Part shown: piece after piece, positions 50,036 through 59,865 of the stretch
Layout of the letters: every line of letters starts with the position of its first letter
How positions within the stretch are numbered: position 1 is the first letter of the stretch
DNA from: an uncultured delta proteobacterium
GTDB taxonomy: Bacteria; Desulfobacterota; Syntrophia; Syntrophales; UBA2185
DNA: 64,000 bases
Assembly: GCA_963729715.1 (NCBI GenBank)
Contig: CAVSPA010000004.1
Span: forward strand, 544,001 to 608,000
Direction of reading: 5' to 3'
The notes under the pieces: model-generated
What the model saw: the letters and a program-made list of their open reading frames with translations, nothing else
Told to the model about the DNA's origin: nothing
The model's database searches: none
Made by a program: the position numbers and the translations under genes

Positions 50036-50869
50036 ATGGCTACCGCTCTTGTTGTTGAAGGCGGCGCCCTCCGTGGGGTCTTCTCAACGGGGATACTGGA
50101 CGGCTTTCTTGAGTCACGATTCAATCCTTTTGATTTCTACATGGGTGTTTCCTCGGGTGCATCCAATCTTGCAGCCTTTCTTGCCGAAATGATCGGTCGC
50201 AACAAGAGAATATATACGGACTATTCGCTGCGGCCCGAGTTTATTGATATGATCAGGTTCCTCGGCAGCGGTCATCTAATGGATCTCGATTGGCTCTGGG
50301 ATACTACCATTCGGGAAATCCGGCTCGATTTGCAGAGAATCTATGCAAAAGGGAAACCTTTCATAGTGGTACTTACGGATGTGCAAACCGGGGAAGCCGT
50401 ATATAAAGAGACCAGCGCCCAGGACCTTGAGCATATTCTTAAGGCCTCGAGCGCCATACCTCTTTTCTACCGGTCTTACCCGATTGTCGACAACCGCCCC
50501 ATGACGGATGGCGGCGTAGCAGATGCCATTCCCATAGGCAAGGCGATTGGTCTCGGGGCTCGCCGGATCATGGTAATTCGTTCCCGCAATCGAAACTACC
50601 TGAAACGGCACGATCCGTTTGATTGCCTCGTGCGCTGGAGCATGCGGTATCCTGCGCTGCAACAGGCCATGGCTAAGCGTGTTTCGCACTACAATGAATC
50701 AGTGAAGCTGATTCGCAAGCCGCCCGAAGGCGTAGCGGTCGTTGAAATATGTCCGCCCGAAAAGTTCCGCGTATCGCGGCTCAGCCAAAATCGTCTTATC
50801 CTGGAGGAAGGCTATAATCAGGGCCGCGCCCTGGCCGCACATGCAATCTCGCGCTGGCAAACGGCATAG
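50036..50869 (+). CDS. Patatin-like phospholipase (YjjU-like)
   Basis: EGGALRG, GVSSG nucleophile motif, DGG. Confidence 0.9.
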   Translation: MATALVVEGGALRGVFSTGILDGFLESRFNPFDFYMGVSSGASNLAAFLAEMIGRNKRIYTDYSLRPEFIDMIRFLGSGHLMDLDWLWDTTIREIRLDLQRIYAKGKPFIVVLTDVQTGEAVYKETSAQDLEHILKASSAIPLFYRSYPIVDNRPMTDGGVADAIPIGKAIGLGARRIMVIRSRNRNYLKRHDPFDCLVRWSMRYPALQQAMAKRVSHYNESVKLIRKPPEGVAVVEICPPEKFRVSRLSQNRLILEEGYNQGRALAAHAISRWQTA

Positions 50870-50943
50870 CCACTGTCTTCCTGTCTAATGACCGTATGAA
50901 AGTATACTCATTTCTCCATGGAAGTACTTCTTGTGGAACGCAT

Positions 50944-51327
50944 ATGATTTACGGGATAGCAGCCGATTTGGTGATCTTCCTCCATTTCCTGTGGATTGCC
51001 TTCGTCATCTTGGGATTTCCGGTATTCCTGTATTTTAAACTCCAAGAATGGAGAGCGATTCATCTGCTCGCCTTGATCGTCACGGTCGTCATGCAATTGA
51101 CCGGAACCATCTGTCCCCTTACCTATCTCGAAGCTTATCTCAAAGCCAAAGGTATATCGCGTGGGGTCTACCCCGGCCAGTTCACCATAGATACGCTTGA
51201 AAAACTTATCTATGTGGAAGATCTGACTCTTGAGAAGATTACCTACGCGACGCTCATATTTCTTGCTTTGGTATTGTTCTCATTTTGGTTGAAGCCTTTA
51301 ACATTCAAGAAGCAAACCAATGGTTAG
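50944..51327 (+). CDS. DUF2784 family membrane protein
   Basis: ADLV..LHFLWIAFV, ICPLTYLE. Confidence 0.8.
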   Translation: MIYGIAADLVIFLHFLWIAFVILGFPVFLYFKLQEWRAIHLLALIVTVVMQLTGTICPLTYLEAYLKAKGISRGVYPGQFTIDTLEKLIYVEDLTLEKITYATLIFLALVLFSFWLKPLTFKKQTNG

Positions 51328-51481
51328 ACATTGAATAATCGCCCTGTTTCTGATAAGGACGTGCATGTTATACTAAACATATTTTATTTTCCTTCCTTGC
51401 CGCTTTCGCAGGGACAGGATTGAGACGGGCAGGCTTCAATACGTTTGACAGGCTCACACCCGTCTCGCCGTTTATCGCGCT

Positions 51482-52813
51482 ATGATGGAAGAACCGATAC
51501 TCAGAGTAGGCATCGTGCAGGGGTACAAGGAAGTGGCAGGGCGGTTAAACGACCCCTTCCTGATCAATGACACTCGCAACATGGGCGGAAGGTTCCGTGC
51601 GCGCGTGAAGGAGGGGCGCATTATTCTTTCCGATGCTGCGGGAAATGAGATAATCCATGATAAGGAAATCCACTGTACCCCTCTCGATAACGCAACCTTC
51701 GCCCTCCTTGATGTAACGATAGGCGTAAATTTTCACTGGGAAAGAAAACAGGAGCAAACGTTCCGGGGAGAGATAAGACTCATCCGAGACGGAAATGATA
51801 CACTCACTGCCATCAATGTAATTCCTTTGGAAGATTATTTAGCGAGCGTCGTTTCCTCTGAAATGAGCGCTGAATCGGCGCCGGAATTCCTCAAGGCCCA
51901 CGCAATTGCGTCACGCAGCTGGCTCATGTCCATGCTCGGAACTATAGAAAAGGTAGGACATGCCGAAAATGAATCGCACGGCCCGGCCTTGAGAAACAAA
52001 GAGTTTGTCAGGTATTACCATAGGGTTGACCACACACTTTTCGATGTCTGTGCCGACGATCATTGCCAGCGGTATCAGGGTATCACCCGGATAATCTCCG
52101 AGAACGCCCGGCAGGCAGTTGAGGAAACGCGCGGCCTGTTTCTCGTATACAACGGTGAGATCTGCGATGCCCGCTATCATAAAGCCTGCGGCGGTCTCAC
52201 GGACAATTTCGCAAATACATGGGAGGATGTCACCATTCCCTATCTCACGTCCGTTTCGGACTCTGCCGTCACGTACGATCCGATCCGCACGGAAGAAGAA
52301 GCGAGGCAATGGATTCTCGGATATCCAGAGGCGTATTGCAAAACTAAAGACGTCAATACCCTGCGTCGGATTCTCCCGTCCTTGGATCAGGAGACGACGG
52401 ATTTTTTTCGCTGGAAGGTTACGTATACATGTATCGAACTGGAAGAGATTATCAGGAAAAAATCGGGAATGGACTTCGGCAACCTCCTCCGTCTCACTCC
52501 CCTTGAGCGGGGCCTCTCCGGCCGCATAGTGCGGCTGCAAATCGCCGGATCGAAAATGACGCTCACCATAGGCAAGGAACTCGAGATCCGCCGCTGGCTT
52601 TCCCGGAGCTATCTCTACAGCAGCGCCTTTGTCGTATCTGCAGAGAATGATACAGCCGGCCAGCCTGTCCGCTTTATCCTGCATGGCGCCGGATGGGGAC
52701 ATGGCGTCGGCTTATGCCAGATAGGGGCGGCTGTGATGGCCCTTAAAGGCTTTACGGCGGAATCCATCTTGAAACACTATTTTCGTGGTGCGGAGCTTCA
52801 GAAACTGTACTGA
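51482..52813 (+). CDS. SpoIID/LytB-domain lytic transglycosylase-like protein, no signal peptide
   Basis: LEDYLASVVSSEM, LKAHAIASRS, DVCADDHCQRYQG, GAGWGHGVGLCQIGA. Confidence 0.92.
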   Translation: MMEEPILRVGIVQGYKEVAGRLNDPFLINDTRNMGGRFRARVKEGRIILSDAAGNEIIHDKEIHCTPLDNATFALLDVTIGVNFHWERKQEQTFRGEIRLIRDGNDTLTAINVIPLEDYLASVVSSEMSAESAPEFLKAHAIASRSWLMSMLGTIEKVGHAENESHGPALRNKEFVRYYHRVDHTLFDVCADDHCQRYQGITRIISENARQAVEETRGLFLVYNGEICDARYHKACGGLTDNFANTWEDVTIPYLTSVSDSAVTYDPIRTEEEARQWILGYPEAYCKTKDVNTLRRILPSLDQETTDFFRWKVTYTCIELEEIIRKKSGMDFGNLLRLTPLERGLSGRIVRLQIAGSKMTLTIGKELEIRRWLSRSYLYSSAFVVSAENDTAGQPVRFILHGAGWGHGVGLCQIGAAVMALKGFTAESILKHYFRGAELQKLY

Positions 52814-52822
52814 AGAAAGGCT

Positions 52823-53545
52823 ATGCGAAAATCTTCTATCAAGACATCTTTCATCCTCGGCGCCGGCCTAGGAACGCGCCTGCGTCCGTTGACGGATAAC
52901 TGTCCGAAGCCGCTCTTAGCCGCAGGCGGACGCCCGATGATTACCTATGCCATGGATCATCTCATATCTGCCGGTATAGAACGCTTTATCATCAATACCC
53001 ATTACTTTGCAGATGCGTACGATAAGGCATTCCCGGACCGGCAATGGCGGGGAATACCCATCATCTTCCGGTATGAACCTGCGCTTCTCGATACGGCTGG
53101 CGGCATCAAGAACATCGAAGATCTCCTTGATGACGACGAAACAGTCATGGTTTACAATGGCGATACCCTTACAGACCTGCCGCTTGCTCATCTCATCGAT
53201 GCACACTACGCGAAGAGGAAGGAAGTCACCCTGGCTCTCAGAAGCAGGGGCTCTCCCTTGAACGTCAATCTGAATGCGGAGGGCGAGATATGTGACCTGC
53301 GGCATGTCCTAGGCGACGGCGGTGTTATCAGCTGTCTTTTTACGGGCATCTACATCGTGGAAAAAACTTTTCTTCGACGCCTGAGAGCGGGCCGCACGGA
53401 ATCGGTTATCCCAGTCTTCATCGCTATGATCAAGAAACAGCCTGGGTCGGTGGCAGGGATTATCATCGATGAAGGCTGGTGGTATGATATCGGATCCGTG
53501 GCGGAATATGAAAAGATAAATGCGATGCTCGCGGGAAAGGGGTAA
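52823..53545 (+). CDS. murU: Nucleotidyltransferase, probable MurNAc-alpha-1-phosphate uridylyltransferase
   Basis: LGAGLGTRLRPLTDNCPKPL, LDTAGG, NGD, WYDIG; adjacent to an AmgK-like kinase. Confidence 0.75.
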   Translation: MRKSSIKTSFILGAGLGTRLRPLTDNCPKPLLAAGGRPMITYAMDHLISAGIERFIINTHYFADAYDKAFPDRQWRGIPIIFRYEPALLDTAGGIKNIEDLLDDDETVMVYNGDTLTDLPLAHLIDAHYAKRKEVTLALRSRGSPLNVNLNAEGEICDLRHVLGDGGVISCLFTGIYIVEKTFLRRLRAGRTESVIPVFIAMIKKQPGSVAGIIIDEGWWYDIGSVAEYEKINAMLAGKG

Positions 53546-53606
53546 TAGCGGTTATTCATAGCAACGCACATTTGCCATGGAAGAACTAAACCGGATCCCC
53601 GCCAAC

Positions 53607-53689
53607 ATTGAAGCTCTCCGCAGCAAGCTGCGAAGATTCTTAGATTCTTAAGGAACAGCATCGTTCGTCATCCGTTCGCTACCGAATTC
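53607..53689 (+). repeat. Medium copy of palindromic repeat family A, between murU and amgK
   Basis: ATTGAAGCTCTCCGCAGCAAGCTGCGAAGAT...GATTCTTAAGGAACAG...TCGTTCGTCAT...CGCTACCGAATTC. Confidence 0.8.
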
Positions 53690-53765
53690 GAGATCGCCCA
53701 GTCGGCGTCTGCAACGGAAGGTGGAGGGCGGGAATGGTCTTTCATGGCTTATAATTTAGAGAACT

Positions 53766-54857
53766 ATGTCGCACCTAAATAATGAAATGCTCCAATTCGT
53801 GCGCCAGGCGTTCCGGCTTGAGAGCTCAGATGCCCTGATCAGCATACCCTTGGCTAAGCGCGGGTCAGGCAGATCTTTCCATCGAATCAAATATGAAGAT
53901 CACGGTTCTGTCGTCTTCATGTGTTACGACCAATTTCGCAAAGAGAACTACTACTACGCCACGATTGCCGACTTCCTTCTCACGATCCATGTTCCCGTCC
54001 CCCGGATTCTGGCACACGATCGTCTGAGGGGCTTCATTGTCATGGAAGATCTCGGAGACAGAGATCTCTGGTCCTACAGGGATGAGTCGTGGATAAGAAG
54101 AAGTGCGTATTACCGTACTACCCTTTCCATTGCATATAGACTCCATGCCTTTCCGGTCCAGGATTTCCCATTCGATAAAGTTCCGTTAATGGAAGAATTT
54201 AGTCCCGACCTTTACCGATGGGAGCGCGATTACTTCCTTGAGAATTTTGTGCAAGGCGTCTGCCGTATCAAGCTCCATCCATCGGATGCGAAAGATTTAG
54301 AGGACGAATTGAAGAGCCTATCGGCGCGTCTTGAAGATGCAAAACCAAGCCTCGTGCACAGGGATCTGCAGTCCCAGAACGTGATGATATGCAAGGACCA
54401 GCCGGCATTAATAGATTTTCAGGGCATGCGCTTCGGCAATCTATTTTACGACCTTGGATCACTGCTCTATGATCCTTATGTCCTTCTGACGGAGAATGAA
54501 CGCATGGAGTTGCTTTTATATTACTACCAGCTTCCGGCTCGCGGCGGCGTAGACGCGTCACAAGATAATATATCTTTCGGCAAGAAAATCATCAAGGTCT
54601 CGCAGGTGAAGGCGGATATTCTGAGAACCGACTGGGCGGGATTTCAGGATAAATTCCGGGACGCGTCGGCCCAGCGCCTAATGCAGGCCCTCGGCGCTTA
54701 TGGATTTCTCGGTTTGAAGAGCGGTCTTACGGAATTTATCGCCCATATCCCCGCGGGCGTTCTAAATCTTGTTGACAGCACTTCCCGCGCCAAACGTCTG
54801 CCGTTGCTGAAAAATCTAGCCATGAAATGTCAGCACTCTCTCGGCCGCAAACCCTGA
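53766..54857 (+). CDS. amgK: APH-family phosphotransferase, probable anomeric MurNAc/GlcNAc kinase
   Basis: GSGRSFHR, MEDLGD, HRDLQSQN, IDFQG, YDLGSLLYD, QRLMQALGAYG. Confidence 0.75.
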   Translation: MSHLNNEMLQFVRQAFRLESSDALISIPLAKRGSGRSFHRIKYEDHGSVVFMCYDQFRKENYYYATIADFLLTIHVPVPRILAHDRLRGFIVMEDLGDRDLWSYRDESWIRRSAYYRTTLSIAYRLHAFPVQDFPFDKVPLMEEFSPDLYRWERDYFLENFVQGVCRIKLHPSDAKDLEDELKSLSARLEDAKPSLVHRDLQSQNVMICKDQPALIDFQGMRFGNLFYDLGSLLYDPYVLLTENERMELLLYYYQLPARGGVDASQDNISFGKKIIKVSQVKADILRTDWAGFQDKFRDASAQRLMQALGAYGFLGLKSGLTEFIAHIPAGVLNLVDSTSRAKRLPLLKNLAMKCQHSLGRKP

Positions 54858-55029
54858 GTACTGAATAATCCCCTCATAGTGACAGGCCTCCTGATGGACA
54901 CCGTCTAATCAGAGATCGGCTGCGTTTCGAATTCTTTGCGTCGAATTCTTTGCCGTTGACATCCGATTACAATCGTTTTATATAGAAAAAGTGAAAAGAC
55001 ATTCTCTGCCGTATACAGGAAATCAATAT

Positions 55030-56247
55030 ATGACAACCGAACTGACATACGTAGTTATCACACCGTACAGCCTCATTAAGTCGAGAACTGGTAATATCAT
55101 AGCGAGACTCATGTCTCTCTCCGGCTGCGACCTGGTCGGGATTCGCATGATGCGGCCGTCCGATTCGTTTGTAGATGAATACATAAGGCGCGTGAAAAGC
55201 CTGAGCATCTCGCCCGGCTTAGGTGAGGCCCTTGTCGATTATATCGATCAGAACCTTCGGCGTGAAAATATTCTCAGGCAGGATAACCGCTGTCTCTTTC
55301 TTCTTTTCGAAGGTAAAGACGCCGTGGAGCGCATTTACGACGTGGTCGGTGAATTGACAACGGCGGCAGAATCGGAAGCCATTCGCGGAACCATTCGCGG
55401 AACTTACAGCGACTACGTCACCACCCCCCACGGGACGGTCCGGTATTTCGAGCCCGCTGTCTTGCTGCCGACAAATCTTGAATACGCAAAGAATAATCTG
55501 GAGCTTTTCGCTGAGCTGGGATTTAACGACTCCGGCATTTACGAAGAATGCTCCGAAGGAGAAACAACGCTGGTCATTCTGAAGCCCGACAATTTCTTCA
55601 AGCATTCCGTCCGGCCGGGAAATATGATCGATATGTTTTCCAAGACCGGCCTCCGGATTGTCGGCGCCCGGATGATCCGAATGAGCGCCGCTCAGGGCGA
55701 GGAGTTCTATGGATTCCTGCGCGATGTCTTCAAGAAGAAACTGAAGCCGCGGATCGCAACCCGGCTCAAGCAGGGAATGGAGGGTCTGTTCAATTTCCAG
55801 ATAACGGATGAAGAATACGACGCGATGGCTGAAGTCATCAACGAAAAGAATTCTCTGTACGAGTTTGCCCAGATCGTAAAATATATGACTGGCCTAGATC
55901 GGAAAAATGAATCGCCTTCCGACCGCGATAAGCCTGGAGAACACCGCGCTTTGGCGCTGCTCTACCGCGGCCCTAACGCAGTTGAGACAATCCGCGAACG
56001 CCTGGGCGTGACCGATCCCGCAATAGCCGCAGAAGGCACTATCCGTTCTGATTTCGGCCAGAACATCCTGCAGAACGCCGCACATGCATCAGACTCCATT
56101 GAAAACGCCGTCCGTGAAAGAAAAATCATCGGTCTCTATGGTAATGCAGGCGACGACTGCCGGATAATAATCCAAAATTGGCTGAAGGATGATCGTGGTG
56201 ATTCAGTACCCCTGAAGGAAGCAGTGAGAATTCAAGAACGGCGTTAA
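55030..56247 (+). CDS. Long-form nucleoside diphosphate kinase-like protein with duplicated NDK modules
   Basis: C-terminal module has TLVILKPD, LGVTDP, GTIRSDFG, NAAHASDS. The N-terminal module has GTIRGTY but no catalytic His motif. Confidence 0.85.
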   Translation: MTTELTYVVITPYSLIKSRTGNIIARLMSLSGCDLVGIRMMRPSDSFVDEYIRRVKSLSISPGLGEALVDYIDQNLRRENILRQDNRCLFLLFEGKDAVERIYDVVGELTTAAESEAIRGTIRGTYSDYVTTPHGTVRYFEPAVLLPTNLEYAKNNLELFAELGFNDSGIYEECSEGETTLVILKPDNFFKHSVRPGNMIDMFSKTGLRIVGARMIRMSAAQGEEFYGFLRDVFKKKLKPRIATRLKQGMEGLFNFQITDEEYDAMAEVINEKNSLYEFAQIVKYMTGLDRKNESPSDRDKPGEHRALALLYRGPNAVETIRERLGVTDPAIAAEGTIRSDFGQNILQNAAHASDSIENAVRERKIIGLYGNAGDDCRIIIQNWLKDDRGDSVPLKEAVRIQERR

Positions 56248-56305
56248 TGACGTCGCTCCGCGTGAAACGTGAGTTTCCAGGCGCAACTTCATGAGGCTGC
56301 ATGGA

Positions 56306-56998
56306 TTATCCGAACTCCGGCATTAATTCCCAGTTGCCACGCAGGGTCTCATATCGCAACCCTGATTTTAGAAGACCATTAAACTCATCGCGGGAAATGA
56401 AGCGAGCCCCCAAGCTTTCCATATGGGCAGTATAAACCTGGCAATCCAGGAACTCAAATTTGAGTTCCTTTAATTTGCGAACCAAATCGATCAACGCCGC
56501 CTTTGATGCATTGCTCATAAGCGAAAACATAGACTCGCCGAAAAAGCAGCGCCCGAGCGATACACCGTAAATGCCGCCTACGAGTTTCTCCTCATGCCAG
56601 GCCTCTGAGGAATGGGCAATTCCAAGCTCATGCAGCTTGCAATATGCCTCAAGCATGTCATCCGTAATCCAGGTGCCCTTCTGTTTTCTCCTCAATTTCT
56701 GACAGGAAAGAATGACTTCGCGAAATTTATGATCGTACGTAATCCGAAAGGTCCCTCGCCGCAGCACTTTCATCATGCTTCGCGAGACCCTAAGTTCATT
56801 TAGGAATAATATGAATCGCGGATCGGGAGACCACCAGATGATGGGATCGCCTTCTGAATACCATGGGAAGATGCCCTGGCTGTAGGCCGCAATCAGTCTG
56901 TCCGGCGAAAGGTCGCCGCCGACGGCAAGGATACCATTGCCCGATGTCATATCAACGGGAGGAAAGATTACTTCGTCGCCCAGTCGAAAAATCGGCAT
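56306..56998 (-). CDS. aat: Leucyl/phenylalanyl-tRNA--protein transferase
   Basis: GGDLSPDRL..AY..GIFPW, WWSPDPR, TWIT, FFGESMFS, NASK. Confidence 0.96.
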   Translation of the reverse strand: MPIFRLGDEVIFPPVDMTSGNGILAVGGDLSPDRLIAAYSQGIFPWYSEGDPIIWWSPDPRFILFLNELRVSRSMMKVLRRGTFRITYDHKFREVILSCQKLRRKQKGTWITDDMLEAYCKLHELGIAHSSEAWHEEKLVGGIYGVSLGRCFFGESMFSLMSNASKAALIDLVRKLKELKFEFLDCQVYTAHMESLGARFISRDEFNGLLKSGLRYETLRGNWELMPEFG

Positions 56999-57099
56999 GG
57001 AATATTAGCACCGAATTCCCATAGCCCATTGGGCACCATGAGACATTAAGCCATGACGCTGAGGTTCTGACAAAAGAAAATGTGTTCTCGCAGCAGTAG

Positions 57100-59379
57100 C
57101 TAAACGACCTCGCATTCTTCACGGACGTGGACAACGACATCATCACATTCGATATCCACGATGGCACTGCCGCCCTTTTGCAGTTTGCCGAAAAGCACCT
57201 CGTCCACAAAGAACCCTTTTATCTTGTCCTGGATCAGGCGCGCAATCTCTCTTGCCCCAAACTCCTCAGAGTAGCCCTTACTGGCAAGCCATTCGTAACA
57301 CAGGTCGGTAACCTGAAGATTCACATTCTTCTCCTGCAATTGAACTGCGAATTCAGCGATCGCTTTTTTTACGATCATGAGCACCACCTCATGGGTAAGG
57401 CTGTTGAAGTTGACAACACCATCGAGACGGTTCCTGAACTCAGGCGAAAAGATCCGCTCCACCGCCGTGAACACGGCGTCCGGATTGACGCTCTTGGCTT
57501 CGAATCCGATAATCTGCCTGCCGATCTCCCGCGCACCTGCATTAGATGTCATGAGTATGACGACGTTGCGAAAATCTGCTTTCTTTCCGTTGTTGTCCGT
57601 CAATGTTGCGTAGTCCATGACCTGCAACAGTGTGTTGAAAATATCGGCATGAGCCTTTTCGATCTCATCAAGGAGCAGGACGGAATGGGGATTCTTCCTT
57701 ATTGCCTCAGTAAGCAGTCCGCCCTCTTCATAACCGACATAGCCCGGAGGCGCCCCCACAAACTTTGCAACGGTGTGCTTTTCCTGATATTCACTCATAT
57801 CGTAGCGGTTCAGCGGCACCCCGAGAGTCAGCGCGAGCTGGCGCGCCAGTTCGGTCTTTCCCACGCCCGTTGGTCCCACAAACAACAGGGAGGCTACCGG
57901 TTTGTGCGGTTCTCGGAACCCCACGCGCGAACGCTTTATGGCCTCCACGACCAACTCAATCGCCTTGTCCTGTCCGAAGATCCTGCTTTTGAGGCCTGTC
58001 TCCAGGTCCTTGAGCTTGTTCAGCTCAGACGAAGAAATGCTCTTTTCCGGAATTCTCGCTATCTTGGCAATCACCGCTTCGATATCATGAAGATCAACCA
58101 CCTTCTCTGCACCCTCATCGGCGTCCTTCATATTAGCCAGAGCGCCGGCTTCATCGATCACATCGATAGCCTTATCGGGTAGCCTTCGGTCATTGATATA
58201 TTTATCGGATAATTCCGCGGCGGCGCGAAGGGCCTCTTCAGTATATGACACATGATGATATTCTTCATACCTCTTCTTGATGCCCTCAAGAATCTTCACT
58301 GTGTCGTCCGTTGTCGGTTCCATTACCTCGATCTTCTGAAACCTGCGGGAGAGGGCCCCATCCTTTTCAAAGTACTTGCGGTATTCGTCATATGTGGTGG
58401 AGCCGACACAACGCAGTTTGCCGGAAGCGAGCGCCGGCTTCAGGATATTCGAAGCATCGAGGGACCCCCCTGAAACAGCCCCGGCGCCAACGATATTATG
58501 AATCTCGTCGATGAAGAGGATTATTTTCTCCTGCCTCTGAAGTTCGGCTATTACGCGCTTCATGCGCTCTTCAAAATCGCCCCTGAATCTGGTGCCGGCA
58601 ATTATGGCACCCATGTCCAAGGCGTAAATCTTCGAATCCTTCAGACGCTTTGGGACCTTCCCGTCGGCAATGAGTTGCGCCAGCCCTTCCGTTATCGCCG
58701 TTTTTCCCACTCCGGGCTCGCCGACATGGACGGGGTTGTTCTTATATCGCCGGCAAAGGACCTGAATGGTTCGTTCGAGAACATCCTCCCTGCCTATCAA
58801 AGGATCAATATCTCCCGCTTTCGCCTTGGCCGTCAGTTCTGTCGTGAATGACTTTAGTATTTTGCTTGGATCAGAGTCCTTTTCCCTGGGTTCTTGCTCA
58901 GGCTCATTTTCCTCCCGCTTCTTACTCCGCCTTTGCACTTCCGTTGTATCGGGAATCACGGAGACTCCGTGAGAGATATAATTGAGCAGGGAAAGCCGTG
59001 TGATCCCCTCTTTCTTGAGAAAAAATGAGGCATATGATCCCTTTTCATCGAGAATTGAAACCAGAACATCTCCTAATTCGACAATATCTTTCTGCGCGGA
59101 GGTCGTATGCCATACGGCCCGCTCCAAAACATTTTGAAAACCCAGTGACTGGACGGATTGAGCTCCCTCCACGACAGGATTGCCCTCGCGGAGATGTTTT
59201 GCCAACACCCTTTTTAAATGCTCCGGATCGCCACCGCATCTCTGGACGATTTCAGATCCATCATCAAAGAAAAGCGCGGCATATAAAAGGTGTTCCGGCG
59301 TTACAAACTCATGAGACCGCGTATTAGCCTCGGCATACGCAGCCATGATGATTTGATTCAGATTCTCACTTATCTTCAT
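57100..59379 (-). CDS. clpA: ATP-dependent Clp protease ATP-binding subunit ClpA
   Basis: Two AAA+ domains ([17 protein letters not shown]), IGF loop, no ClpB middle domain; follows clpS. Confidence 0.96.
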   Translation of the reverse strand: MKISENLNQIIMAAYAEANTRSHEFVTPEHLLYAALFFDDGSEIVQRCGGDPEHLKRVLAKHLREGNPVVEGAQSVQSLGFQNVLERAVWHTTSAQKDIVELGDVLVSILDEKGSYASFFLKKEGITRLSLLNYISHGVSVIPDTTEVQRRSKKREENEPEQEPREKDSDPSKILKSFTTELTAKAKAGDIDPLIGREDVLERTIQVLCRRYKNNPVHVGEPGVGKTAITEGLAQLIADGKVPKRLKDSKIYALDMGAIIAGTRFRGDFEERMKRVIAELQRQEKIILFIDEIHNIVGAGAVSGGSLDASNILKPALASGKLRCVGSTTYDEYRKYFEKDGALSRRFQKIEVMEPTTDDTVKILEGIKKRYEEYHHVSYTEEALRAAAELSDKYINDRRLPDKAIDVIDEAGALANMKDADEGAEKVVDLHDIEAVIAKIARIPEKSISSSELNKLKDLETGLKSRIFGQDKAIELVVEAIKRSRVGFREPHKPVASLLFVGPTGVGKTELARQLALTLGVPLNRYDMSEYQEKHTVAKFVGAPPGYVGYEEGGLLTEAIRKNPHSVLLLDEIEKAHADIFNTLLQVMDYATLTDNNGKKADFRNVVILMTSNAGAREIGRQIIGFEAKSVNPDAVFTAVERIFSPEFRNRLDGVVNFNSLTHEVVLMIVKKAIAEFAVQLQEKNVNLQVTDLCYEWLASKGYSEEFGAREIARLIQDKIKGFFVDEVLFGKLQKGGSAIVDIECDDVVVHVREECEVV

Positions 59380-59396
59380 TATATTCCCCCTATCGA

Positions 59397-59720
59397 TCAG
59401 GCCTCTTCTAATGAACATTTTAGAGGGAATTCTCTCAGTTTCGCCATGGTATGTACCTGAGCTGCCTTCGTGGCAGCAATATCGTATGTATATACGCCAC
59501 ATGCACCTGCGCCTTTATTGTGGACGTCGAGCATGATTTTGATCGCTTCCGCCGCCGGCTTATGAAACACAAGTATCAGAACTTCGACGACAAACTCCAT
59601 TGTCGTGTAATGATCATTATGAAGTATAACCCGATACATCTTAGGTTCTTGAAGTACCGTATCGGGATCTAACTTGACATCTCTGTCATCCATGGAATCA
59701 GGATCAAGATATTTCGCCAT
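59397..59720 (-). CDS. clpS: Clp protease adaptor ClpS
   Basis: YRVILHNDHYTTMEFVV, IMLDVH, FPLKC. Confidence 0.96.
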   Translation of the reverse strand: MAKYLDPDSMDDRDVKLDPDTVLQEPKMYRVILHNDHYTTMEFVVEVLILVFHKPAAEAIKIMLDVHNKGAGACGVYTYDIAATKAAQVHTMAKLREFPLKCSLEEA

Positions 59721-59778
59721 ACCAAACCCTCAAAATGCACATCAGTAGTTTACCTTTTTTAGTCAATTGTATAAAAAT

Positions 59779-59807
59779 AGTATAGAACACGAGGGGCTAA
59801 CTGTCAA
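59779..59807 (-). promoter_or_regulatory. Sigma70 promoter of clpS-clpA-aat
   Basis: TTGACA-17-TATACT. Confidence 0.7.
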
Positions 59808-59865
59808 TGTCGTTATTGAACTCCTGTTATTGAGCTCCTGGAAATGCTGTAAACTTGAATAGTCA

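Noticed and set aside
51422..51466. 8-bp stem GAGACGGG/CCCGTCTC upstream of the spoIID-like gene as a riboswitch
   Set aside because: No known aptamer motif recognised; could be a degenerate repeat or an ordinary leader hairpin.
42787..58182. Long antisense ORFs 42787-43569, 45675-46439, 51911-52702 and 57127-58182
   Set aside because: Shadow frames opposite recN, the hybrid kinase, spoIID and clpA, with no independent motifs.
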